NCBI GenBank assembly: GCA_964651115.1 | Contig: CAZYXJ010000001.1 | Span: 213,077 to 277,076, forward strand | Reading direction: 5' to 3' | DNA length: 64,000 bases | Source: an uncultured Candidatus Saccharibacteria bacterium | GTDB taxonomy: Bacteria > Patescibacteriota > Minisyncoccia > Phycocordibacterales > JACOZG01 | Shown: positions 36,828-46,120 of the stretch, piece by piece | Position numbering within the stretch: position 1 is the stretch's first letter | Layout: each line of letters begins with the position of its first letter | Notes under the pieces: model-generated | The model's input: the letters and a program-made list of their open reading frames with translations, nothing else | Databases searched by the model: none | What the model was told of the DNA's origin: nothing | Translations under genes and position numbers: made by a program

Positions 36828-37280
36828 ATGACGCTACACGAAACGATTAAAAACGCCATTAAAGAGGCGATGAAGGAGAAGAACTCGGTTAAGCTCACGG
36901 TTATCCGTGGCTTGATCTCGGCCTTTATGAACGAGGCCGTCACCAAGGGTTACAAGCCCGACCAGATCCTCACTGACGAAGAGGCCATCGCCGTCATCAA
37001 GCGACTAGCCAAGCAACGCAAAGACGCCATCGCCCAATTTACCGCCGGTGGCCGAAGTGACTTAGCAGAGAGCGAACAGGCCGAACTCGCCTACGTCGAA
37101 ACCTACTTACCAGCCACCATGCCTCGCGAAGAAATTAAAAAAGTGGCCGAAGGCGTAATCGCCGCCACGGGCGCCACTAAAGCTGACCTAGGCAAGGTGA
37201 TTGGCGCCGTCGTCAAAGAGACCCGCGGCCAAGCCGACGGCGCGGACGTCAAAGCGGTGGTGGAGGAACTCTTAAAATAG
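36828..37280 (+). CDS. yqeY: GatB/YqeY domain protein
   Basis: 150 aa. IKEAMKEKNSVKLTVIRGL...DAIAQF...AELAYVETYLP pattern. Confidence 0.85.
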   Translation: MTLHETIKNAIKEAMKEKNSVKLTVIRGLISAFMNEAVTKGYKPDQILTDEEAIAVIKRLAKQRKDAIAQFTAGGRSDLAESEQAELAYVETYLPATMPREEIKKVAEGVIAATGATKADLGKVIGAVVKETRGQADGADVKAVVEELLK

Positions 37281-37291
37281 TTTTTAAAAAA

Positions 37292-37312
37292 CCTTGGCCA
37301 ATTCGGCCAAGG
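37292..37312. terminator. Bidirectional terminator between convergent genes
   Basis: AAAAA-CCTTGGCC-AATTC-GGCCAAGG-TTT. Confidence 0.6.
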
Positions 37313-37320
37313 TTTAAGGT

Positions 37321-38004
37321 CTAAGCGGTGGGAACGGGAATCGCGGTAACGTCACGAAAGCGGAGGATGCTAGAACTATGATCCCAACCACACCCGACGT
37401 CTTCAAGGTCGATACTATCCCGGCCCAGCTCGCCCGCATCAAAATGGCGAGATAGCGATGGCACCAAATGGCCCTGAACAGGATGTTGATACAGACGCTC
37501 CTTCTTATCAAAAGAGGTCCAGAATAACATCCTAGGAAAATCCCTTCGACACTTCTGCCAGATAATGGCGATCCCCTGAATGCCAGTAAGAAGACCATTC
37601 TTACCAGAAGCCAGCTCCAGGCACTCCTCAAATCCCATCACCCGACGCGGCTTAATGTCAAAAACATCCACCTCGTAGGCGTGGCCGGGAATGAGACGAT
37701 GACTCGGCTCACGGTAATGTTCGTCACCAATTACCTCTTTTGAACACAGAAACAAACTATTGGGCAACTTCGACAGAGCCGTAGCGTGTTCGTAATCGAC
37801 ATCGACAACGAAAGAGAGGGTGAGGCGTAAATAAAAAGGCGGACCGTCAAAACGCCAATCACCAATGAATTTCGCCACCACATCACCGAGTCCGGGAGCA
37901 TTGTTGACACGCTCGGCCTCGTCTTTGGACAGACGGGCCTTGTTGTAAGCCTCTGCCACCAGCTTAAGGAACTGGCGGCCTTCGGGACCGTCGGCCTGAA
38001 CCAT
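37321..38004 (-). CDS. Hypothetical protein, probable diverged non-diversified paralogue of the DGR target
   Basis: 227 aa with no signal peptide. Shares segments with ORF 6389-7048: DGxxGRQF..V at the N-terminus, V.K..GD..Y, E..(I/V)....PR, and a C-terminal ..RFR tail. AAGGAGG Shine-Dalgarno. Confidence 0.55.
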   Translation of the reverse strand: MVQADGPEGRQFLKLVAEAYNKARLSKDEAERVNNAPGLGDVVAKFIGDWRFDGPPFYLRLTLSFVVDVDYEHATALSKLPNSLFLCSKEVIGDEHYREPSHRLIPGHAYEVDVFDIKPRRVMGFEECLELASGKNGLLTGIQGIAIIWQKCRRDFPRMLFWTSFDKKERLYQHPVQGHLVPSLSRHFDAGELGRDSIDLEDVGCGWDHSSSILRFRDVTAIPVPTA

Positions 38005-38065
38005 CGAAATTACCTCCTTTTATGAAGATCTGTTTTGGTTAATTTACCTGATTTGACCCGTTAAA

Positions 38066-38094
38066 TTTATATTATATATAATCTTAACTGTCAA
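38066..38094 (-). promoter_or_regulatory. Candidate promoter for ORF 37321-38004
   Basis: Minus strand TTGACA (38089-38094), N17, TATAAA (38066-38071). Confidence 0.35.
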
Positions 38095-38217
38095 CATAAG
38101 AGCGATAGCGAACGATATATCTCTTTACGTGCGGTCAAATTCGGCAAGCTTTTTTAAGCACTGAAGAACGGCTGACTCACGTTGATAAAAGATGATTTTT
38201 AAAGTAGAGTTAGCCAC

Positions 38218-38910
38218 ATGAAGGATCCGGGAACTCAGCGGCTTAATAAACGTCTGGCCGCTGATGGCTTGGCCAGCCGTCGCGAAGCTGATGAGCTAAT
38301 CACGAAGGGTTTGGTGTGGGTCAATGGCCAGAGGGCGGCGCTCGGCCAACAGGTCGCCGCCGGCGACCAAATAGAAGTGCGCCGCCCCGACCCCACTTAC
38401 CACTACGCGCTCTACCACAAGCCGCGCGGCGAAGAAATGAAGGAGGTCTACGCCTGGCAAGGCGCCCAGCTCCAAGCGCTTGGCCGACTCGACAAAGAGT
38501 CGCGCGGTCTGCTCCTGCTCTCCGACGATCGTCGCCTCTCCGCCCGTCTACTTGATCCAGAACATGGCCACCCCCGAGAATACGTTGTTGAAGTCGACAA
38601 ACATCTCTCACCCTCCTTCGCCCGCCTCCTCTCCGCCGGCATCGACATCGAAGGTTACCACACCCAACCAGCGGAGGTGACAATCCTCGACGACCGCACT
38701 TTTAAAATCATCATGCGCGAAGGAAAAAAACATCAGATCCGCCGAATGTGTTCTGCCCTCGGCTTCCAAGTCACTGACCTACTTCGCACCCGCATCTCCA
38801 ACCTGCGACTAGGCAACCAAAAACCGGGCTCTGCGCGAGAGCTCCGGCCAGTGGAAAAAACTAAACTGTTAGAGACGTTGGGTCTTACTCAATCTCGTAG
38901 CGAAGAGTAA
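38218..38910 (+). CDS. Pseudouridine synthase, RsuA/RluB family (S4 domain + catalytic domain)
   Basis: S4 pattern RLNKRLAADGLASRREADELI..G.V.VNG. Catalytic GRLDKESRGLLLLSDD. KHQIRRM. Confidence 0.85.
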   Translation: MKDPGTQRLNKRLAADGLASRREADELITKGLVWVNGQRAALGQQVAAGDQIEVRRPDPTYHYALYHKPRGEEMKEVYAWQGAQLQALGRLDKESRGLLLLSDDRRLSARLLDPEHGHPREYVVEVDKHLSPSFARLLSAGIDIEGYHTQPAEVTILDDRTFKIIMREGKKHQIRRMCSALGFQVTDLLRTRISNLRLGNQKPGSARELRPVEKTKLLETLGLTQSRSEE

Positions 38911-39682
38911 CCGTCACCATCACCTCCTGCGAACCTGGCTCAACCGCCACGCGAGGAGCGGCACTCTGAGCCACCGACATCTCCATCATCCCACCGTAAC
39001 CATCCTTGGCGTAAGGATAAGGATAACCGTAGCCACCCTCGTCGATGCCGAGCAAACGACCAACCTTAAAGCCACCGGCCTTGGCAATCTCTTTGGCCTT
39101 CTCTTTGGCTTGAGCAATCGCCTCAGCGCGAGCTTCGCTCTGAGCCGCCGTGGGATCATCTTGCGTAAACGCTAGCTGGGAAACGCTGTTGGCGCCGTTA
39201 GTGACTACACCAGAGAGCAAGCTGCCAACTTTAGCAAAGTCACGAACCTTAACGACGACACGCAAGCTAACCGTGTAGCCCACGATCGAAGCCGGTGGAC
39301 AGGTCGTCACGCCATTGGCGTAAACAACGCCGCCACAGTAAGAATTCTGATAGCGAGGTTCCACGTTGTAACCCTCGGTGCGGATATCAGCATCGGCCAC
39401 GCCCTGACCCTTAACGAAAGCGATGGCTCGCTCTGACTTGGCGGTATTTTCCGCCTGGAGCGCCGCTAAATCTTTGCCGCCCTCGGTGATCACACTAAAA
39501 CTAAACTCCGCCACGTCTGGTACGGCAACCGCCTTACCCTCTCCCATAACGGAAAAACTCCGATAAGTGGATGGCTCAACCGTCCGCGCGTAAGTACGGG
39601 CATAAGACCAAGCCGCCACCCCCACAAGCAATACTGCGATAATCACGGCAATGCCGAGATAATTTTTTATTTTTTCGGTCAT
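38885..39682 (-). CDS. SIMPL (DUF541) domain protein, membrane-anchored
   Basis: N-terminal TM segment, then the VAVPDVAEFSFSV...AENTAK...FVK..GV...I.T..Y.V.P.Y pattern. Confidence 0.78.
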   Translation of the reverse strand: MTEKIKNYLGIAVIIAVLLVGVAAWSYARTYARTVEPSTYRSFSVMGEGKAVAVPDVAEFSFSVITEGGKDLAALQAENTAKSERAIAFVKGQGVADADIRTEGYNVEPRYQNSYCGGVVYANGVTTCPPASIVGYTVSLRVVVKVRDFAKVGSLLSGVVTNGANSVSQLAFTQDDPTAAQSEARAEAIAQAKEKAKEIAKAGGFKVGRLLGIDEGGYGYPYPYAKDGYGGMMEMSVAQSAAPRVAVEPGSQEVMVTVTLRYEIE

Positions 39683-39691
39683 GGTTGGATT

Positions 39692-40459
39692 TTACCCCAA
39701 GCGGGCCTCCAAATACAAGAACAGAGGAATTTCTTTACGGGCCAAATCCTCGGCCGCCTGCCGGGGGCCGCGCTGGCTCTCACGGTGTGACACCCACTCT
39801 TCTAAGCGCGAAATCACAAATCCTTGATTAGTCAATAGTTTGGCATACCACTGGAGCGGCCGATGGAACGAGAGAGTGGTCACGCCCGGCGCTGACCCAG
39901 GATGCATCTGGATCTCGGATCGCTGTTCCGATAAGTAGCGATCGACTCGTCGATACTGACGGCCCTCCGCCTCATCCCAGCCCCAAGCCGAAAATTTAGG
40001 GATGCGAAAAGCGGGATGATTAAGCACCAAAATCAAACGCCCGCCGGGAGCTAGCACGCGACGGACCTCGGCAAAAACCTCTTTAACTTCTGCGATGTTC
40101 TGGATCGCCAAAATGCTCATGACCACGTCTTGCGAAGCCGGCTCCACCATCCCCAATTTATGCGCCGGCGCTACAAAGTAAGAAATATTTTTTGTCTCGG
40201 CCTGCTTGGCCAGGGCAATCAGCTCGGCCGAAAGATCAACCGCGGTAATCGGGGCTAAGCCAGGGCAAGCGGCCAAAAGTTCGCGAGAGAAAAATCCCGA
40301 ACCACACGCCAAGTCGAGCACGCGCAAGCCTGCCTTGGGCGCCACTAGGCGCAAGAGATTAGGCAAAATCACCCGACGTTGAAAACTATCCTCATCCGTC
40401 GAGAGTAATTGATTGTACCAATCGGCGACCCCACCCCAAGAAGTCTCTGGCGTCTTCAT
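39692..40459 (-). CDS. Class I SAM-dependent methyltransferase
   Basis: Motif I VLDLACGSGFFS. Post-I and motif II patterns present. Confidence 0.8.
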   Translation of the reverse strand: MKTPETSWGGVADWYNQLLSTDEDSFQRRVILPNLLRLVAPKAGLRVLDLACGSGFFSRELLAACPGLAPITAVDLSAELIALAKQAETKNISYFVAPAHKLGMVEPASQDVVMSILAIQNIAEVKEVFAEVRRVLAPGGRLILVLNHPAFRIPKFSAWGWDEAEGRQYRRVDRYLSEQRSEIQMHPGSAPGVTTLSFHRPLQWYAKLLTNQGFVISRLEEWVSHRESQRGPRQAAEDLARKEIPLFLYLEARLG

Positions 40460-40461
40460 GA

Positions 40462-41193
40462 TTAGCGAACCACAAAACTGGCGCGCACCGTCACCATCAC
40501 TTCCTTAGCGATACTGCTCGTGTCGTACTCTCCGTAATCACTGACGTTGATCGAATTGGGCGACAAGACCTGCACCACCCCACTGGCGGCCGACTTAAGG
40601 GCGCCAACTCGCTGACCACTAGAAACCGCCAACTGTTCCGCCCGAGCTCGAGCATCCCTAATCGCGTCCGCCAAAAGCGAGACGCGCAACGACGCTAAAC
40701 CAGAATAATAATACTCGGGCTGACCGGGAGAGAAAAATACGCCACGATTAATCAACTCGCTAGAACGTTTAGCCAAATCCGCAATTTGATTAACGTCTTG
40801 GGAGTTAACCGTTAAATGTTGGACCAGGTCATACTCGCGAGGACCTTGATTGTTATAGTCATAACGTTCGTTAACAAAAACCGGAGAGATCACCAGTGCG
40901 CCATCAGTAACCCCGTTCTTCTTTAAAAAATCAACCACCACGGCAGAGTCCCGGGCCAATTCTAAATAGCCAGACTGAAGTTGTCCGGCCGGCACCGTCC
41001 GCGAAACGCTAGATTGCCACTTGGCCGAATCGGCCGTCACCGCCTGCTTAGCCGAGCCGACCACCGACAACGAGTTATCAAAAGAACGGACACGATAAAA
41101 GGTATAGGCTCCCACTACCGCCGAAATCATTAGCGAAACGCCCACAATCGTCGCCGGCACCGCGAAAGGAATAGACCAAAATTTATTATTCAT
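40462..41193 (-). CDS. SIMPL (DUF541) domain protein, second copy
   Basis: N-terminal TM segment and the same architecture as 38885-39682. Confidence 0.72.
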   Translation of the reverse strand: MNNKFWSIPFAVPATIVGVSLMISAVVGAYTFYRVRSFDNSLSVVGSAKQAVTADSAKWQSSVSRTVPAGQLQSGYLELARDSAVVVDFLKKNGVTDGALVISPVFVNERYDYNNQGPREYDLVQHLTVNSQDVNQIADLAKRSSELINRGVFFSPGQPEYYYSGLASLRVSLLADAIRDARARAEQLAVSSGQRVGALKSAASGVVQVLSPNSINVSDYGEYDTSSIAKEVMVTVRASFVVR

Positions 41194-41209
41194 AAACGTA
41201 GTATAGCAA

Positions 41210-41731
41210 TCATTTAATCGTTTTGAGAATCAGCTCAAAATCAGACTTAATTTGGTCGGCGGGCTCAAGCCAAGTTACCGAAGCCACCAACACCTCCGGC
41301 GACCCCGGCTTAAGCCAAGCCACGCTCTCCCCTTCGTACAGACCTGACCACCGCCAGCGATGGGCCAACTGACCCGCCACCGTCGTCGTCGCCAACTCGC
41401 CCGTTGGCGAAAGCTGGAAGTTGGCCTCGGGCGCAGCCAAAATCCAATCGCGCAGACTCAACTGCCCAGCGTTTTTAAACAAATCAATCGTGATAGCCGT
41501 TGGGCCCTCAAGCGCTGGCGTCGAGCCGACTACCTCGGGCACCAGCAACACCAGGCCAAAGAGACGACTCTCTCCCTCATTTCCCGCCAACTCCGTTACT
41601 TCGTAAGACGGTGGGTAGCCGAAGCGAATCCCTAAGCCCCCACTCACAAAGGGCGTTAACTGACGAGCAAACCACCAGCCGCCAAAGATAATCAACGCAA
41701 TTGCCAAAAAGGGTAAAATCTTTTTTATCAT
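41210..41731 (-). CDS. Membrane-anchored hypothetical protein
   Basis: N-terminal TM segment ILPFLAIALIIFGGWWF. Confidence 0.6.
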   Translation of the reverse strand: MIKKILPFLAIALIIFGGWWFARQLTPFVSGGLGIRFGYPPSYEVTELAGNEGESRLFGLVLLVPEVVGSTPALEGPTAITIDLFKNAGQLSLRDWILAAPEANFQLSPTGELATTTVAGQLAHRWRWSGLYEGESVAWLKPGSPEVLVASVTWLEPADQIKSDFELILKTIK

Positions 41732-41735
41732 TTTG

Positions 41736-42152
41736 CTATCGCCAAATGGTTAGAATTAAACCAAAAATAACGAAGACTACTAACTGGTAACCCACCTGGA
41801 TCAGGAAGCGAGCCCAGGCCACTTGCCGCGAATCATTATTCCACATCGCGGTCCCGGCAATTGTCGGGACAATAAAGCCCGCCCAGATCCACAGCGCGCT
41901 CTCCACGCCGCCAAGTCCGAGCCGGACGTAATGAGCCAAAACAAAAACCTGAAAACAGGTGAGTAAAAATTGAATGGCGTAGAGCGGCGCGGCGCGCTTC
42001 TGCATCTCGCGCCGCGCGGCCAAATCAGCGGCCGTCGCGCCGATCACCTTAAGCCAAGCTCGGCCAAAGAGTGGTCCGTACCACACTGCCCCGACCACCA
42101 TCGCCGCCACCGCACACCCGATCACCGCCCAATAATTAATGATTGAATTCAT
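41736..42152 (-). CDS. DUF1761-like membrane protein
   Basis: INYWAVIGCAVAAMVVGAVWYGPLFGRAW is the typical DUF1761 N-terminus. Confidence 0.68.
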   Translation of the reverse strand: MNSIINYWAVIGCAVAAMVVGAVWYGPLFGRAWLKVIGATAADLAARREMQKRAAPLYAIQFLLTCFQVFVLAHYVRLGLGGVESALWIWAGFIVPTIAGTAMWNNDSRQVAWARFLIQVGYQLVVFVIFGLILTIWR

Positions 42153-42169
42153 TTATAGGTTCTAAATTT

Positions 42170-42628
42170 CTAATTTCCGCCGACCAAATGCCACACAATA
42201 ATCGCCAAACCGCCCCACCAGCCAAGATCGGAAACAATCAGGCCCAGCGCAATCTGCCGCTGCCAGTGCGCAGGCAAAAGTTCGCTGGCTCTCCCCGCTC
42301 GCTCGCGAGCCAAAAGGTAGGGACTAACGCGAAAAGACAAAAACAGACCATTGAGAATCAGAACACCGGCAATCAATCCCAGCACCAGCGGCACTGGTCC
42401 GCTTGCGCCGCGGAAAAAGATCGATCCGCCCACCACCGCCAAAAAAATTCCCAACCAAATCAGCGGCTTGGTAACTTTGTGCGTCCGCGTCGTCGCCTCC
42501 GTCCAGTAGGCCGAGCGGCGCCCCAAAAAACCATGCAGGTCGATCACCGTCACGGCCCCCAAACCGATTACAATCCCGCCCAGCAAACCGAACAAACCGA
42601 TAAAATCCAACCAGTTAATTGAGAGCAT
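42170..42628 (-). CDS. Integral membrane protein, hypothetical
   Basis: Start moved to ATG 42628 (MLSINWLDF) to avoid overlapping the TspO gene. Four TM segments. Confidence 0.58.
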   Translation of the reverse strand: MLSINWLDFIGLFGLLGGIVIGLGAVTVIDLHGFLGRRSAYWTEATTRTHKVTKPLIWLGIFLAVVGGSIFFRGASGPVPLVLGLIAGVLILNGLFLSFRVSPYLLARERAGRASELLPAHWQRQIALGLIVSDLGWWGGLAIIVWHLVGGN

Positions 42629-43091
42629 AAATGGCGTAATTAAGATACCCGGCAAAAGTAACCCAGGCCAGGTAAGGGGCCAAGAGCCAGGCCGCGAGGC
42701 GAGAGACGCGAGCAAAAGATAAAATCGTTAACCCAATCGCCAGCCACAAAAAGATAATTTCCACCAAGGCCCAGCCCGGTGATTGCCAACCAAAAAAGAT
42801 GATCGACCAGAACGTGTTTAAAATCAGCTGAGCGCCAAACGCCACCAAGGCCCGACGCACCAGCGCGCGATCAGTCCCCACTCGCCAAACGACGAAAGCC
42901 GCAATGCCCATCAAAATATATAAGATCGTCCAGACGGGGCCAAAGAGCCAGTTGGGTGGGGCAAAGCTTGGTCGAACCAGCTCTGCATACCAGGAGTCGA
43001 TTGCCGGCACAGTAAACACCGAGCCAATAATGCCCGCCAACTGCGAGAGCACAATAAACCCAATTAACACCGCCCAGCGTTTTGCCGTCAT
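42615..43091 (-). CDS. tspO: TspO/MBR tryptophan-rich sensory protein
   Basis: WYAELVRPSFAPPNWLFGPVWTILYILMG, the classic TspO pattern. Confidence 0.85.
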   Translation of the reverse strand: MTAKRWAVLIGFIVLSQLAGIIGSVFTVPAIDSWYAELVRPSFAPPNWLFGPVWTILYILMGIAAFVVWRVGTDRALVRRALVAFGAQLILNTFWSIIFFGWQSPGWALVEIIFLWLAIGLTILSFARVSRLAAWLLAPYLAWVTFAGYLNYAIYALN

Positions 43092-43117
43092 GAGATTATT
43101 ATCCTACATTTTTTAAT

Positions 43118-43498
43118 TTATTTCTCCTCCGGCGAGAGATCCAGGCAGACGGAATTAAGGCAGTAGCGCCGACCCGTAGCTGTGGGGCCGTCATCAAAAA
43201 CGTGCCCGAGATGAGAACCACACTGCGCGCAAACAACTTCGGTCCTTTCTAAACCATGAGAACGATCAGAAACTTCCTTGACTGAACCAGGCATCGCCTG
43301 ATCAAAAGACGGCCAGCCAGTACCAGAGTCGAATTTGGCCTCGGAGTTAAACAGTTGGTTGCCGCAAACTTTGCAATTGTAAGTGCCCGTCCGCTCCTCG
43401 TGGAGCAGCTGGCCAGAAAAAGGCGGCTCCGTCCCCTTCTCCCTCAACACGCGATACTCCTCGGGAGTTAAACGTTTTTTGATTTCTTGTTCGTCCAT
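43118..43498 (-). CDS. msrB: Peptide-methionine (R)-S-oxide reductase
   Basis: CxxC...CxxC zinc site (CKVCGNQLF, CAQCGSHLGHVFDDGP) and RYCLNS catalytic Cys. Confidence 0.92.
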   Translation of the reverse strand: MDEQEIKKRLTPEEYRVLREKGTEPPFSGQLLHEERTGTYNCKVCGNQLFNSEAKFDSGTGWPSFDQAMPGSVKEVSDRSHGLERTEVVCAQCGSHLGHVFDDGPTATGRRYCLNSVCLDLSPEEK

Positions 43499-43552
43499 AA
43501 ATTTTCCATTGATTAATTATAGCACTGCCTACCCCTGCCGCCGCTCAGAGAA
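43439..43552. repeat. Repeat copies Y1 (43439-43499) and X1 (43499-43552)
   Basis: Y1 is 61/61 identical to 61436-61496. X1 is about 90% identical to 62032-62086, with one indel. Confidence 0.9.
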
Positions 43553-43566
43553 GCTGCAAATTAGTG

Positions 43567-44301
43567 CTAAACTTTGCCTAAGAAAACTTTTTCCAAAACA
43601 CCACTGGCAATGAGCGTAGTCGGCTGCCCCTCGGCGACCAGTAAGCCCTTATCAAGCACGTAGGCTCGGTCAGTAATTTCTAAAAGTGATTTAAGATTGT
43701 GCTCAACTACCACCACGGCGATCTGGCGTTTCTGATTAATCTCTTTAATCGTGGCAAAAATTTCCTTCACGATCTTGGGAGCAAGTCCTAGTGATGGCTC
43801 ATCGAGAAGCAGAACCTTAGGGTCGGTGACCAAGCCGCGAGCGATCGCGAGCATTTGCTGCTGGCCCCCAGAGAGCGTCCCCGATTTGGCTTTGAGTTTG
43901 GTTTTAAGCGCCGGTAAAAGGTCGAGAACTTCCGCAATCTTCTCTCTAACTAGTTTTTTGTTCTTAATCACGATCCCGCCTAATTCCAAATTTTCCTGCA
44001 CCGTCAGATGACGGAAAACCCGGCGGCCCTGCGGTACAAAAGTGATCCCCCGCAACACCATCTCGTGCGAGACTGGGGTAACCGACTCTTCGTGCCAGTA
44101 GACTTTGCCCCGCTCGATAGGCGCCAGGCCAAAGAGGGCCTTTAGAACCGTCGACTTCCCCGCCCCGTTGGGCCCCATCAAGGCCACCACCTCACCCTCA
44201 TCAATTGCTAGCGAAACACCGTCAAGCGCCTTCACGCCACCATAGTGGACATGGAGATCCTCTAGTTTTAGCAATTTTTCTGTAGCAACAGCCGTGGGCA
44301 T
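43567..44301 (-). CDS. livF: Branched-chain-amino-acid-type ABC transporter ATP-binding protein (LivF-like)
   Basis: Walker A GPNGAGKST, signature LSGGQQQML, Walker B LLLDEPS. Confidence 0.82.
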   Translation of the reverse strand: MPTAVATEKLLKLEDLHVHYGGVKALDGVSLAIDEGEVVALMGPNGAGKSTVLKALFGLAPIERGKVYWHEESVTPVSHEMVLRGITFVPQGRRVFRHLTVQENLELGGIVIKNKKLVREKIAEVLDLLPALKTKLKAKSGTLSGGQQQMLAIARGLVTDPKVLLLDEPSLGLAPKIVKEIFATIKEINQKRQIAVVVVEHNLKSLLEITDRAYVLDKGLLVAEGQPTTLIASGVLEKVFLGKV

Positions 44302-44307
44302 GGTTTA

Positions 44308-45327
44308 TTAATTACCAGTTAAGATCGTTGGCTGGCCACCTTTAATTTGCTTCATGATAATCGGGCGGGTGTAGATGCCGCTAGCGTTAAACTTGGCGCC
44401 TGAGAGAAGATTACTTTTGACACAGCTGTAATCACCCTTACACTCCGTAACAGCTTGGACCAAAACCTCGGTTGCTTGTTTGGAGAGTCCAAAAACCGCC
44501 CCCTCGCTACCCTCCAAATCGCCAGGGAACGAATAAATCACATCGGGTACTAACTCACGCACGGCCGGTAATTCCGCTACGTAAGTTGTATAGACCGGCA
44601 CCATCACTTTAAGTTGGCGGAGCTTGGGTACGCCGCTGCCAAAGAAGAAGGAGATATCAGGTGAGTAGATAGCGTCAACGCCAGCTTTGCTAATCTTTAA
44701 TACCTCCGGCGAGAGATCAACAGTCTCGTCGGTTAAAACAACGTCTTGAGCGATTGTGCCCTTAAAGTTTTTACGGAAGCTGTCGGCGTGAGTCTGAGAG
44801 AAGGCGTTTTTAAAGCTCACCAGCGCCACCTTGCGATGACCACGAGCAAACATTTGCTCAGCCACAAACTTCGACTCCTCTTGGAGAGAATACTGGATAT
44901 TGAAGAAGTTGTTGCCGCTAGCCGCATACAAATCTGAGGAAGCGGCGGCTGGTACAATGGACAGAACCTCCTTACCCTTTAAAAGCGGCACAACCGCCTC
45001 TTGAGGCGAGCCGCAGGCGGGACCAATGATGTATTTAGCTTTATCAAACTCCGCTAATTTTTGATAAGCAGTTACCGCCACCTTTGGGTCACATTGATCA
45101 TCCTCAAAAATCAAACTAACAGCCGTCGTACTCCCAACACCAGCCTGCACACCTCGGCGGACCTCCTCACCATAATCAGCCAGTGGACCAGTAAGCGGCG
45201 CGATTACTCCTATTTTGACAGGTTCGCTTGTGCCCACAGGGCCATCTTTTTTAACCGCCACGCCAATACCCCACACCACCAGAATAATGACAATGATCGC
45301 GATTATAATTTTTGCTGTGTTGGACAT
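44308..45327 (-). CDS. Type I periplasmic-binding-fold substrate-binding protein (LivJ/K-like), anchored - paralogue 1
   Basis: N-terminal uncleaved TM anchor with no lipobox Cys. VKIGVIAPLTGPLADYG pattern. Confidence 0.78.
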   Translation of the reverse strand: MSNTAKIIIAIIVIILVVWGIGVAVKKDGPVGTSEPVKIGVIAPLTGPLADYGEEVRRGVQAGVGSTTAVSLIFEDDQCDPKVAVTAYQKLAEFDKAKYIIGPACGSPQEAVVPLLKGKEVLSIVPAAASSDLYAASGNNFFNIQYSLQEESKFVAEQMFARGHRKVALVSFKNAFSQTHADSFRKNFKGTIAQDVVLTDETVDLSPEVLKISKAGVDAIYSPDISFFFGSGVPKLRQLKVMVPVYTTYVAELPAVRELVPDVIYSFPGDLEGSEGAVFGLSKQATEVLVQAVTECKGDYSCVKSNLLSGAKFNASGIYTRPIIMKQIKGGQPTILTGN

Positions 45328-45337
45328 GGTGTTTTTG

Positions 45338-46081
45338 CTATTCTCCTAAATATGCCTCAATTACTTCTGGCTTTTTTAAAACTTCTTCTGGTAAACCTTG
45401 GGCCAAGAGCTGGCCGGCGTCCATCACGATTAAGTGATCACACAACTCGCGGATTAAATCCATGTTGTGCTCGACTAAAATAATAGTTTTACCTGCCGCC
45501 CGGAGCTCTTTAATTACGCTCACCACTGTTTTAATCATCTCAGGAAAGAGTCCGGCAAATGGTTCATCAAGAAAAATGATGGAGGCCGCGTTGTCACTAG
45601 CCGAGACCATCGCGAGCACGCGCGCGATCTCCAAGAGCTTGCGCTGACCATAAGAGAGATTAGCGGCTAACTCCCCGCGCTTCTCCCACAGACCAACTTT
45701 TTTAAGGGCCGCCTCAGCCTGAGCCACATGAAAATCTTTGTGCTTCTCAAACAGTGAGGCAAAAGTGTTCCGCTCTGTTAGGACCACCAAGATGTTATCG
45801 AGCACCGGCATTTGCTCAAAGAGTCGTACGTCTTGGAAGGTGCGGGTTACGCCGTACTCGGCTGACTCATAAGCGCGCAAGCGCGAGAGCTCAACGCCAG
45901 AAATTACGATCGCCCCCGCCTCAAACGGGAACATGCCAGTGAGAGTATTGATAAGAGTCGATTTGCCCGAGCCGTTGGGACCGATCACGCCAGTGATCTT
46001 GCCGGCAGCAAATTCAACCGAGAGCCGGTCTACCGCCTTAACCCCGTCAAATTGTTTGGAGAGACCGTGGGTTTTAAGCAT
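45338..46081 (-). CDS. livG: ABC transporter ATP-binding protein (LivG-like)
   Basis: Walker A GPNGSGKST, signature LSYGQRKLLE, Walker B IFLDEPFAG. Confidence 0.82.
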   Translation of the reverse strand: MLKTHGLSKQFDGVKAVDRLSVEFAAGKITGVIGPNGSGKSTLINTLTGMFPFEAGAIVISGVELSRLRAYESAEYGVTRTFQDVRLFEQMPVLDNILVVLTERNTFASLFEKHKDFHVAQAEAALKKVGLWEKRGELAANLSYGQRKLLEIARVLAMVSASDNAASIIFLDEPFAGLFPEMIKTVVSVIKELRAAGKTIILVEHNMDLIRELCDHLIVMDAGQLLAQGLPEEVLKKPEVIEAYLGE

Positions 46082-46120
46082 CGTAGCCTAATTAAATAGG
46101 ATGTTGCCCCGACCGTCAAA

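Noticed and set aside
38316-38683. ORFs 38316-38555(+), 38321-38683(-), 38448-38648(-) and 38480-38680(+)
   Set aside because: All are nested inside the well-supported pseudouridine synthase gene. Their Arg/Pro/Gly-rich translations are typical of off-frame GC-rich DNA.
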